Shown: positions 1-7,626, counted from the first letter of the stretch. The stretch is 64,000 nt of DNA from an uncultured Bacteroidales bacterium (GCA_963849945.1 CAWKJD010000003.1:302818-366817), one strand, 5' to 3'. Notes: generated from the letters alone by a model not told the origin. Made by a program: numbers and translations.

Positions 1-2002
1 CAGAATCAAAACCGAATGGTCCGCGTGCACCGTCCGGAAGAGCAGTAAAACCACTTTCATTTGTTGCGTCTGCGTTAGGAGAAATCCAATGGCTTGTACC
101 TGCCTCCTTAAGCTTGCTTCCGGCAATACTCTCACCCCCAAGATAAGTCGTCAGGGCAGTCCACTCCGGATCAGATGGCATGTGCCAGCCTGTCGGACAA
201 ATATTACGGCTATCCTTTACGGCATACCAGTTATATAATAATCCGTAAACAGAGGAATAGTTTTCAATATAAATATTTGTGCATCTCGCACCTGTTGACA
301 GATTGTACCACGAATTATCATCAGCAACATTTGGAATCTGGTCACCGTTCCGGTACCTGGTTACTTTCAGGTTCTCCGCCATCCATTCCTGGGTGCCAAT
401 GCTTACTGTATAGTAGTTATTCCCGTCAATATCAGTCACAATGTCAGTCATTGTTCTCAGGATCACCTGATTACCATAAGCTGTTCCGGCTTCATTGACA
501 GCATATGCCCTCAGATAATAAACTGTATCAGGAAGCAGTCCTTCTATTCTGCCCGTAAACGGACCGGCTCCGGTGCCATTAAGAGTTGTGTCATCTGCTG
601 TTGTAGGATTGACCAAAGTGCTCCAGCATATTCCCCGGGCAGCAATAGATGCTCCGGCATTAGTCTGAACAGTTCCTCCTGAGTTTGCCCCGGTGGTAGT
701 GACACCGGAGGTCGGCAGGGTTGTTACAGCGGCCAAACCAACAGGGCCGGGCTCACCTTTCAGGCAACGAACTGACAGCCCATAACTATCAGGACTAAAA
801 TTACTGGTTAGATCGTCACTTCCACCGTATATGGTTCGATGCCAGCCCTCAGTTGCACTCCACAGATAACCGCCAAAATATCCCAAATCAAAGAAATATC
901 CACCATTGCCACGCTGGCCGCCTGGAAGAGCTGTATAACCGGTCTCATTGGTAGCATTGTTGTTGGGATTCCAGTGTGATGTGCCGGTTTCCTTTAATTT
1001 TCCACCGGCAAGGCTTTCACCGCCCAGATAGGTTGCCAATGTCATCCATTCATCAAAAGTAGGGATATGCCAGCCGGAAGGGCATAAATTACCCCTGTTG
1101 ACAGCATACCAGTTGTACAATGCGCCATACGTGTTTTTATTAACTGCTTCATTGTTCTCATACCAGCAGTAGCCAGGCGAAGTAAGATTGTTCCATACAT
1201 TATTATCTGTTACATAAGGTATGTCTGTACTATTATTGTACTTTATGGTTTTAAGGTTTTCTGCCATCCATGTCTGACTGCCAATCTCTACCACAGGATA
1301 ATGGTTTCCATCACCGTCGGTACAGGGTATGAAGTTGAATGTTATTATCTTATCTGAAACAGGCCTGTCAGTCAAGACTGTGCTGTAAATTCCTGTTGTA
1401 CCTGTAAATTTCAGCCAATCGCCATTTGTATAAGGCATATCAATTGTGGTAAGTTCTGCATTATTAAGCCTTCCGGATTTCTTGCTGACAGGCGGAATCA
1501 TACCACTTCCTATATTCTCAATATTGACTGTTCCGCCCGATATTCCGATACATAAAAGTTTTCCGGAGATTTGATAGCCATCACCCCTGACTGTGATCAC
1601 GTAAATACCATTCTTTAAACCAGAGAGCCTGAATTTCTGCTTTAATCTATCCAAATAGCTTATTGTTTCAAATATGGCCCTTCCATCCATATCCAGAATT
1701 GAAATTACTGCATCCCCTGCGGCAGGCGGATAAATCTCGATGAATGAATTCCCGGTCACAGGGTTTGGATAAATCTTTAAATCAGATGACCTGTCATATT
1801 CAACGGGGGAAATCCCGGTCGATAAAGTCAACCGTAATACATCAGTTCCATTTAAAGAGAGGGACGTACCTTTGGTTAAGTTCTCAATCTTTACCGTAGT
1901 AACAGAGCCAGATGCACCTGTTCCGGCAAAAGAAATAAGATAATTCTGTGCATTGGCAGTAAGTTGACAGTAAAAGGCTATTAAGAACAATGCCCTTTTC
2001 AT
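1..2002 (-). CDS. Secreted multidomain protein with two Fibrobacter-succinogenes-major-paralogous (FISUMP, TIGR02145-type) domains; partial, C-terminus lies beyond the left edge
   Basis: Absent from the supplied ORF track because it runs off the edge. My translation of the reverse strand from the ATG at 2002-2000 is open down to position 1. It starts MKRALFLIAFYCQLTANAQ (signal peptide). Two copies of the FISUMP signature follow: DGDGNHYPVVEIGSQTWMAENL...YNWYAV..NLCPSGWHIPTFDEWMTLATYLGGESLAGGKLKETGTSHW, and DIDGNNYYTVSIGTQEWMAENL...YNWYAV...ICPTGWHMPSDPEWTALTTYLGGESIAGSKLKEAGTSHW. Confidence 0.85.
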   Translation of the reverse strand, partial: MKRALFLIAFYCQLTANAQNYLISFAGTGASGSVTTVKIENLTKGTSLSLNGTDVLRLTLSTGISPVEYDRSSDLKIYPNPVTGNSFIEIYPPAAGDAVISILDMDGRAIFETISYLDRLKQKFRLSGLKNGIYVITVRGDGYQISGKLLCIGISGGTVNIENIGSGMIPPVSKKSGRLNNAELTTIDMPYTNGDWLKFTGTTGIYSTVLTDRPVSDKIITFNFIPCTDGDGNHYPVVEIGSQTWMAENLKTIKYNNSTDIPYVTDNNVWNNLTSPGYCWYENNEAVNKNTYGALYNWYAVNRGNLCPSGWHIPTFDEWMTLATYLGGESLAGGKLKETGTSHWNPNNNATNETGYTALPGGQRGNGGYFFDLGYFGGYLWSATEGWHRTIYGGSDDLTSNFSPDSYGLSVRCLKGEPGPVGLAAVTTLPTSGVTTTGANSGGTVQTNAGASIAARGICWSTLVNPTTADDTTLNGTGAGPFTGRIEGLLPDTVYYLRAYAVNEAGTAYGNQVILRTMTDIVTDIDGNNYYTVSIGTQEWMAENLKVTRYRNGDQIPNVADDNSWYNLSTGARCTNIYIENYSSVYGLLYNWYAVKDSRNICPTGWHMPSDPEWTALTTYLGGESIAGSKLKEAGTSHWISPNADATNESGFTALPDGARGPFGFDS
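1553..1780 (-). other. T9SS sorting-domain-like module at aa ~75-150, near the N-terminus of the FISUMP protein
   Basis: LKIYPNPVTGNSFIEIYPPAAGDAVISILDMDGRAIFETISYLDRLKQKFRLSGLKNGIYVITVRGDGYQISGKLL matches the type-A Por/T9SS CTD pattern (YPNP..., I.D..GR.., L..G.Y......K). Here it sits directly after the signal peptide region. Confidence 0.6.
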
Positions 2003-2062
2003 GGCAATCTTTTCAGGTGCTTCATTAGATCAAAGTTACACCCTCAAAAAGCCGAAGTCAAG

Positions 2063-2105
2063 TTTTTTATAAAAAAGACCCCGGAGGCTGGCTCAGAGGT
2101 CTTTT
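2063..2105 (-). terminator. Putative rho-independent terminator of the collagen-like lipoprotein gene
   Basis: aaaagacc (2073-2080) pairs with ggtctttt (2098-2105). On the minus strand the stem is followed by a T-rich tract. The loop is large (17 nt). Confidence 0.4.
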
Positions 2106-2113
2106 GGTTTGAA

Positions 2114-2707
2114 TCATTTAATATTATTTTGCCCGGTACCGTTACTGAACATATCTAATACCGCGGCAATATTACTGACATCCACCATGGTTTTTAACTT
2201 AGCCAGTGGAACACCCTCTATGATCACTATTTTGAATGACATCAGACCTGTTATTTCAGGAGTATCGTTTAATCCATCAAATACTTCCTTGTAAATCAGA
2301 TCAATGCCTCCGACATAAGCATCATAGTCCATATAAATCAGTAGAGTATTGTCCACATATGTGTAAGGCAAAAGGTTGAAGCTTTTCGGATCAAGATCTT
2401 CAACCAACCTGTAAACCAGGACCGCCCCGTCGTAATATATATCATCAGTTATTTCCGGCACGTCAAGCCACGCATCATATCCGTTAATATCACCAACCCA
2501 TTCCGATGCGTCAACATCATAAATGACTGAATGAGTATAATTAATGCCATCCACGCCATTTAAACCATTTAAACCGTCCTGCCCGTCATTTCCCTTTGGG
2601 CCCATAGGACCTTCAGGCCCGGTGCACTGAACAAACACTGCCATCAGCAGTAAGAGTGAAAATATCCGTACAATTCCGGATGATAATTGTTGTCTGTTTG
2701 TTTTCAT
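2114..2707 (-). CDS. Lipoprotein with a short collagen-like (G-X-Y)8 segment
   Basis: ORF track 2114..2728. The internal start MKTNRQQLSSGIVRIFSLLLLMAVFVQC gives a signal peptide ending in a lipobox Cys. It is followed immediately by GPEGPMGPKGNDGQDGLNGLNGVDG. Confidence 0.7.
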   Translation of the reverse strand: MKTNRQQLSSGIVRIFSLLLLMAVFVQCTGPEGPMGPKGNDGQDGLNGLNGVDGINYTHSVIYDVDASEWVGDINGYDAWLDVPEITDDIYYDGAVLVYRLVEDLDPKSFNLLPYTYVDNTLLIYMDYDAYVGGIDLIYKEVFDGLNDTPEITGLMSFKIVIIEGVPLAKLKTMVDVSNIAAVLDMFSNGTGQNNIK

Positions 2708-2947
2708 ATGATTGATTTTTTGTAACAAAATAAGATAAATTCAAATTTACATATCTGAAGCGATATATTCAAGATCAAGTCCTCAGATTAATAACGCAGA
2801 ACATCCCCCTTTAATATCCCCCGGTCACGAAAGATGTAACTTTATTAAAAATTGAACGTTACAATGAGTTGAGTAAGGTATAAAACTGCACCTGAAGAAT
2901 TTGTATTCATAAACATTTCTCATCTTAATTATATCTATCCTGAGGAC

Positions 2948-3553
2948 ATGAAAAATATAATCTTTTGCCTGATATTATTACTGCTGCGCGGTGCTGCATA
3001 CGGACAGTGGAAGGCGCAGACAGCTGAAACATATGACAAAACATACAGGATTGCATATGTCACATCAAGTAACGGCAATGCAACATTACGGGTACTTCGT
3101 AATATGACTACTTCTTCCGGACAAAAGGTGACAAATCCGTACGATCAGATAGAAGGACAGATCCTGTTAAATAATAAATTAGATAACGGAAACGTGGTTC
3201 AGAGCCTGGTTTTCAGGTTTGATGACAGTCCTAAAATTTATATTCACCAGCCATCTGCCTTCAAACAGGAATGGGACACCGGTTCCAGGAAATACATAAT
3301 TGAGTCAGACTGGCATGCCTGGAGGCCGGGAGATACGAGAGACAAGGAGGTCAAAAGAAATACACCTGAACAGGATTCGATCACACAGGCTAACTCATTA
3401 TATGCCAAAGATATTATTGCGATGCTGAAAGCTCACAAGAAAGTCTTTTGCCAGATAATTCTGGCAAATAAAGTCTACGGAACTCAATCAAGCATCAACC
3501 TGGAATTCACACTGCAAAATTCCACAAAATCAATTAATTATCTGTTCAAATAA
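2948..3553 (+). CDS. Hypothetical secreted protein
   Basis: 201-aa ORF with N-terminal signal peptide MKNIIFCLILLLLRGAAYGQ. I recognise no family motif. Confidence 0.6.
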   Translation: MKNIIFCLILLLLRGAAYGQWKAQTAETYDKTYRIAYVTSSNGNATLRVLRNMTTSSGQKVTNPYDQIEGQILLNNKLDNGNVVQSLVFRFDDSPKIYIHQPSAFKQEWDTGSRKYIIESDWHAWRPGDTRDKEVKRNTPEQDSITQANSLYAKDIIAMLKAHKKVFCQIILANKVYGTQSSINLEFTLQNSTKSINYLFK

Positions 3554-3638
3554 CGTCCGCAATAATTAACTCAGTTCCTCCCTCTCACGCCAGACGGGAA
3601 AAACCTCCGGTTATGATTTCCGCTGGCCTCAAACAGCT

Positions 3639-3836
3639 TTAGTCCTGAGTGCATATATAACCGTAAGATTCCCATTTGTTTTTGGACAGCGAATTGCAGA
3701 CTTCCTGCCAGTCTGCGCTGTTATGGGGATTTACACATACCCAGCACGGGTTAACCGGGTCACAGGAAGTAAAACCTGACATAAAAAGGAATAGAAATAC
3801 TACAACTACTCTGCAAATGACTTTTTTCCTCTTCAT
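3639..3836 (-). CDS. Small Cys-rich lipoprotein/peptide, paralog A (65 aa)
   Basis: MKRKKVICRVVVVFLFLFMSGFTSC (lipobox), then CWVC....C....KNKWESYGYICTQD. It aligns along its whole length with the 4258..4446 product. A TAACTTTG box lies 30 nt upstream. Confidence 0.6.
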   Translation of the reverse strand: MKRKKVICRVVVVFLFLFMSGFTSCDPVNPCWVCVNPHNSADWQEVCNSLSKNKWESYGYICTQD

Positions 3837-3866
3837 AATCAGATTAAAATTTTGGATAAAACCACG

Positions 3867-3874
3867 CAAAGTTA
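3867..3874 (-). promoter_or_regulatory. Bacteroidota -7 promoter box (TAACTTTG) for Cys-rich peptide A
   Basis: The reverse complement of caaagtta is TAACTTTG, which matches TAnnTTTG. It lies about 30 nt upstream of the ATG at 3836. Confidence 0.45.
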
Positions 3875-4011
3875 TGTTAAAAAAAATATAAGTCCGGCTA
3901 ATTTATTGCATAAAGGAATCAACGAAAAAGCCTGTTCCGGTGCAATAACACAATGTTTTGGGCGTTTCCAAAAGGCAATTATCCTGTGTCAAAGGGAAAA
4001 TGAATTTTGAC

Positions 4012-4174
4012 AAAAAAAAAGGCAGCCCCATGTTTGTCAAATTACATTCGTCAAATGTCTGCATTATCTGCTGCCCGGAACGGGCAATAAATATTCGGGA
4101 GGCTGCCAGTACTTCAAAAATAAAGCATTAATATAAACAGGAATAAGAAGTTATTCACAATGCAGGGCATTTTT
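4012..4174 (-). ncRNA. Candidate short transcript (about 160 nt): 18-codon hydrophobic ORF plus long hairpin and U-run
   Basis: A TAACTTTG box lies at 4178-4185 (minus). An ATG at 4170 opens MPCIVNNFLFLFILMLYF, with the stop at 4114. ggcagcc (4021-4027) pairs with ggctgcc (4101-4107) and encloses the sub-hairpins tgcccg-gaa-cgggca and acatt-cgtca-aatgt. Nine T follow on the minus strand (4012-4020). Confidence 0.25.
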
Positions 4175-4177
4175 GCA

Positions 4178-4185
4178 CAAAGTTA
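4178..4185 (-). promoter_or_regulatory. Orphan -7 promoter box (TAACTTTG)
   Basis: Same octamer as the box in front of peptide A. No annotated ORF lies downstream, only the 18-codon ORF and hairpin unit. Confidence 0.35.
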
Positions 4186-4202
4186 TCAGAGGGTGGAATT
4201 TA

Positions 4203-4233
4203 TAAAACAAAACCCCGGAGGTAATTTCCGGGG
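4203..4233 (-). terminator. Rho-independent terminator of Cys-rich peptide B
   Basis: ccccgga (4213-4219) pairs with tccgggg (4227-4233) around a 7-nt loop. On the minus strand it is followed by ttttgtttta. Confidence 0.65.
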
Positions 4234-4257
4234 CCTTCAGATTCACAGATGCTCTTT

Positions 4258-4446
4258 TTATTGATCCTGGACGCATACATAATCAAGTGATTCCCATATA
4301 TTTTTCGCTGATTCGGAACAGGCTGATATATCCTCGGCGTTGGCTTTTTTGCATGTCCAGCAGGATTTTTCGCAGGAGTAAAAACCTAACATAAAAAGTA
4401 AAAGAAGGACACCGGTAACTTTTAAAATGATTTTTTTTGTCTTCAT
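4258..4446 (-). CDS. Small Cys-rich lipoprotein/peptide, paralog B (62 aa)
   Basis: Internal start of track ORF 4258..4548: MKTKKIILKVTGVLLLLFMLGFYSC, then CWTC....C....KNIWESLDYVCVQDQ. Same Cys pattern and C-terminal W-E-S-x-x-Y-x-C-x-Q-D as paralog A. Confidence 0.6.
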   Translation of the reverse strand: MKTKKIILKVTGVLLLLFMLGFYSCEKSCWTCKKANAEDISACSESAKNIWESLDYVCVQDQ

Positions 4447-4496
4447 TGTTAGCCTGATTATGTGCAACAAATAAGAAATGAGAGCTGCTAATACCC

Positions 4497-4504
4497 CAAA
4501 GATA
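4497..4504 (-). promoter_or_regulatory. -7 promoter box (TATCTTTG) for Cys-rich peptide B
   Basis: The reverse complement of caaagata is TATCTTTG. It lies about 50 nt upstream of the ATG at 4446 and inside the track's longer N-terminal extension. This argues for the shorter start. Confidence 0.4.
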
Positions 4505-4624
4505 ATAAAAACCCCCGTAGCTGATTCCGGGTCATAGTTCGAAGGCAACCCATATGCTTAAAGGTGAGGTATGCATATTGAAAAGAATTTCAGTCGTTTA
4601 TGTAATTAGAGCCTCATTTTGTAG

Positions 4625-4632
4625 TATCTTTG
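4625..4632 (+). promoter_or_regulatory. -7 promoter box (TATCTTTG) 4 nt upstream of a 58-codon ORF
   Basis: The sequence is gtagTATCTTTGcgccATG. The spacing implies a leaderless or near-leaderless transcript. Confidence 0.4.
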
Positions 4633-4636
4633 CGCC

Positions 4637-4813
4637 ATGCAAATCGAAATAACTTCACAAGATCAGTTTCCTGAAGCAAGTCAGGAAAATTTAAAATCTG
4701 TGGCCAAACGCAGGGAAGAGTACTCCCTTACCAGGGACTTACGCGCCAAGGAAGACAACGAAATAATTGCCAGAAGACTGGCAAAGGAGAAGGAGAAAGA
4801 GAAACAAGTGTAG
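4637..4813 (+). CDS. Possible small charged protein (58 aa), below the ORF-track size cut-off
   Basis: My translation: MQIEITSQDQFPEASQENLKSVAKRREEYSLTRDLRAKEDNEIIARRLAKEKEKEKQV, stop TAG at 4811-4813. It is preceded by a TAnnTTTG box. No homology recognised. Confidence 0.3.
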   Translation: MQIEITSQDQFPEASQENLKSVAKRREEYSLTRDLRAKEDNEIIARRLAKEKEKEKQV

Positions 4814-4855
4814 GTAAGCCTTACCAGAGCCAAAGGCAAATCCTCCCGGAGATAA

Positions 4856-5566
4856 TTACCTGTTTCCGGCGCCTTTAAGGTCGATAAGGATAACCCCTCC
4901 GGCAGCCCTTGATCCATAAATTGATGCATCTGAACCCTTAAGCACAGTAATCGATTTAACTTCCCTGGGACTTATCCCATCGATGGTTGAGACTGTCACA
5001 CCGTCAACGACAAGCAACGGGTCGGTGCTTGAGTTTATCGAGCTTATTCCCCTGATAAGAATTTTGTTTCCCGTGACCTGCACGCCGGGAACTTCACCGC
5101 TGATCATATCATAAATATTGGTGTAGGAAGAAAACCTTTCTTCATTCCCGTTGATATGACCCGGAGAGGTGGTAAGATCCTTCTTGCGTACTTTCCCGTA
5201 ACCTATGTTTATCATCTCATCGTCTTCAACCTTTGCGGGCGTAAAACCCTGAATTGTATATTGGCCACTAAGCACAATATTTACTTCTGTGCCTCCATCC
5301 CGGGCCGCTTCGGCCGAGCCATTTGCGTATGACCAGGCTCCGATCATCCTGGTGTCAGGGGTTATCCTGACCTTATAAAAGCCTTTTTTGCTGGTTACAA
5401 CATCAGTCTGGCGCTTGTCAACAAGAATTATTGCACCTGTAACTGGTTTATTGTTTATATCGGTAACGAAGCCGGATACAATTATTTTCTTGTTATTCTT
5501 CTTACCTTCAATTTTCCCCGGGATAATCAGAGAAAGTAAAATTAGCAAACAGACTCCCCTTTTCAT
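4856..5566 (-). CDS. Stand-alone SusC-type N-terminus: CarboxypepD_reg-like domain plus TonB-dependent-receptor Plug, no beta-barrel
   Basis: Signal peptide, then IIVSGFVTDINNKPVTGAIILVDKRQTDVVTSKKGFYKV (CarboxypepD_reg), then PGVQVTGNKILIRGISSINSSTDPLLVVDGV...ITVLKGSDASIYGSRAAGGVILIDLKG (Plug). The protein stops at 236 aa and no barrel-like coding sequence lies downstream. Confidence 0.8.
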   Translation of the reverse strand: MKRGVCLLILLSLIIPGKIEGKKNNKKIIVSGFVTDINNKPVTGAIILVDKRQTDVVTSKKGFYKVRITPDTRMIGAWSYANGSAEAARDGGTEVNIVLSGQYTIQGFTPAKVEDDEMINIGYGKVRKKDLTTSPGHINGNEERFSSYTNIYDMISGEVPGVQVTGNKILIRGISSINSSTDPLLVVDGVTVSTIDGISPREVKSITVLKGSDASIYGSRAAGGVILIDLKGAGNR

Positions 5567-5732
5567 GATTTTGGCTACTTTAAAAATGATGAGATTATTC
5601 CCCAGTCACTGACTTAGCATGACAAAGATAAGACAAATCTTTCTCCTCAAAACCCGGACCGGTTATTTGCGGTTATTATTCGAAGGACTACGGGCGCCCT
5701 TTTGGGAAATATTGATTTAATTTGTTCAGTCT

Positions 5733-6638
5733 ATGATCAGGGTTTCAGTCATACTGGGGACATACAATTCCGCTCCGTTCATTAAACGGACGGTTGAATC
5801 TGTGCTTGCCCAGGAAGGGAACGGAACCGATTTTGAAATCGAGCTGCTGGCAATAGACGACTGTTCGAAAGATAATACAGTGGATATATTGAGATCGCTC
5901 GGACTTCAGCCTCTGTCTACTGACACCCCGAGCGGCGGGCCAAACAGGGGGCGGAATATCGGACTGAAGAACGCCACCGGGGATTATATTGCACTGATTG
6001 ATCATGACGATACATGGCACCCGGAGAAGATCAGTACCCAGCTTTCAGTTGCTGACAGGGCCCCTATTATCACCACGGGCTACCAGATTATTGACAGTGC
6101 GAGGAAAACAATCTCATCCGTCGGAAGCGGCGAACCCTCAGTCAGGTATTTTCAAAAGAATGAGACCTTTCGTTACAGGCTGGCAAGGAGAAAGAGCGGT
6201 CAGCCTGTCTATATGAGCACAATAATGTTCAGCCGTGAGCTTTCCTCAGTGCTTTTTGAGGAAGAGTACGGTTGTGTCGATTACGACTGGCTGCTAAGGC
6301 TCTTTGAGGGAAATTCGTCAGTCCACTGCAACAAAGTCCTTGCCACAAGGTATATCAGCGGAGAGAATCTCTCGCTTCAGTCGCGCTATAGGGAGAAAGA
6401 ATATGATCTGTCAATCCGAACTGCAGAATCATACCGTAAAAAATATTCTTCAGAAGTGGCAGAGGCAATTTATCGTATCAACGGAACCAGGGCCAGGTAC
6501 CATTACGTCATCGGGGAAATGAAGCTGGCACGGGTCTATCTCAGGAAATCAGCTCCCGGGCTGAAAACATGGCTGTACTGGCTGACAAGCTTTGCCGGAA
6601 GCAGACTTGTAAAACGCCTCTTCCGGGTATTCGGATGA
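5733..6638 (+). CDS. Family 2 glycosyltransferase
   Basis: VSVILGTYNSAPFIKRTVESVLAQ...LLAIDDCSKDNT...IALIDHDDTWHPEKI. These are the GT2 DXD-type motifs. Confidence 0.85.
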   Translation: MIRVSVILGTYNSAPFIKRTVESVLAQEGNGTDFEIELLAIDDCSKDNTVDILRSLGLQPLSTDTPSGGPNRGRNIGLKNATGDYIALIDHDDTWHPEKISTQLSVADRAPIITTGYQIIDSARKTISSVGSGEPSVRYFQKNETFRYRLARRKSGQPVYMSTIMFSRELSSVLFEEEYGCVDYDWLLRLFEGNSSVHCNKVLATRYISGENLSLQSRYREKEYDLSIRTAESYRKKYSSEVAEAIYRINGTRARYHYVIGEMKLARVYLRKSAPGLKTWLYWLTSFAGSRLVKRLFRVFG

Positions 6639-6670
6639 CGAAACCGGCCTCAGTTGAGGGTCCAGGGTAC

Positions 6671-6719
6671 AAGGTGAAAGGCGAAAGTAGAAAGGCAAAA
6701 GTAAAAAGGCGAAAGTAAG
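6671..6719. repeat. Period-7 tandem array, 7 units (14-nt super-unit AAAGGCGAAAGTA)
   Basis: aaggtga aaggcga aagtaga aaggcaa aagtaaa aaggcga aagtaag. It lies in the convergent spacer between the GT2 and HAD genes. Confidence 0.85.
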
Positions 6720-6730
6720 GCCGGGAGTAT

Positions 6731-7522
6731 CTACTGAACAAGGTCAGCAACGCCATCAAGGATATAGGTCGGTCTGTAAGGAAATTTATCCACTGTCCTG
6801 AGTGTTGAAATGCCGGTAAGCACCAGGAGTGTATCTATTTCAGATTCTATGCCTGCAATAATATCTGTATCCATCCTGTCACCTATTATTATTGTCTCGT
6901 CATTGGAGCAACCGATCATCTTAAGGGCTATCCTCATCATCAGAGGGTTTGGCTTACCGACAAAGTAAGCATGCCGTCCCGTGGCAAGTTCTATGGGAGA
7001 TACAAGGGCCCTGGTTGCAGGGATGATGCCGTTTTCAGCGGGACCGGTGACATCGGGATTGGTTCCGATAAGCTTGGCTCCCTTGAGAACCAGGTTGACA
7101 GCCTGCTCGAGTTTTTCAAAGCTGTAGCTGCGTGTGTCGCCGACAACCACATAATCAGGGTCATAATTATTCATTGAATAACCGGCATTGTACATGGCAT
7201 TGATAAGGCCGGCTTCGCCGATAATATAAGCTGATCCCCCGGGTTTCTGCATCGCGAGAAAGTTTGCTGTTGCCAGGGCGCTGGTATAGAAAGCGCTCTC
7301 ATCGATATCAATTCCAAGACGCAGCATCTTTTCCTGGAGCTCCTTCTGCGTTCTTTCACTTGAGTTGGTAAGAAAGAGGAATTTCTTGTTTTCCTTTTTG
7401 AGCCATTTCACAAACTCAGATACACCCGGCAAAAGTTTATTTCCATGGTAGATGACGCCGTCCATATCACTGATAAAACCTTTCTTGCCTCTTATCTTTT
7501 CTATTAACTCCTTGTTTTTCAT
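6731..7522 (-). CDS. HAD-IIA family sugar phosphatase (NagD-like)
   Basis: GFISDMDGVIYHGNKLLPG...FLFLTNSS...GKPNP...IGDRMDTDI. These are the HAD motifs I-IV of subfamily IIA. Confidence 0.85.
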   Translation of the reverse strand: MKNKELIEKIRGKKGFISDMDGVIYHGNKLLPGVSEFVKWLKKENKKFLFLTNSSERTQKELQEKMLRLGIDIDESAFYTSALATANFLAMQKPGGSAYIIGEAGLINAMYNAGYSMNNYDPDYVVVGDTRSYSFEKLEQAVNLVLKGAKLIGTNPDVTGPAENGIIPATRALVSPIELATGRHAYFVGKPNPLMMRIALKMIGCSNDETIIIGDRMDTDIIAGIESEIDTLLVLTGISTLRTVDKFPYRPTYILDGVADLVQ

Positions 7523-7626
7523 CTCTGTAAATTATGGCGCAAAATTAACACTATGTAAAGAAATATAGGCCAATGATGATGAAAAGTAACAAAACTGTCA
7601 TCATTGCAGTTTGAATAATAAAATTG

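Noticed and set aside
175-498. 107-aa plus-strand ORF from the track
   Set aside because: It lies antisense inside the continuous 2-kb minus-strand FISUMP reading frame and has no recognisable features. It is a shadow ORF.
4681-4929. 82-aa minus-strand ORF (…FSFSFSF…)
   Set aside because: It overlaps the 3' end of the plug-domain gene in another frame. Its low-complexity part is the antisense of the KEKEKEK-coding stretch. No start context.
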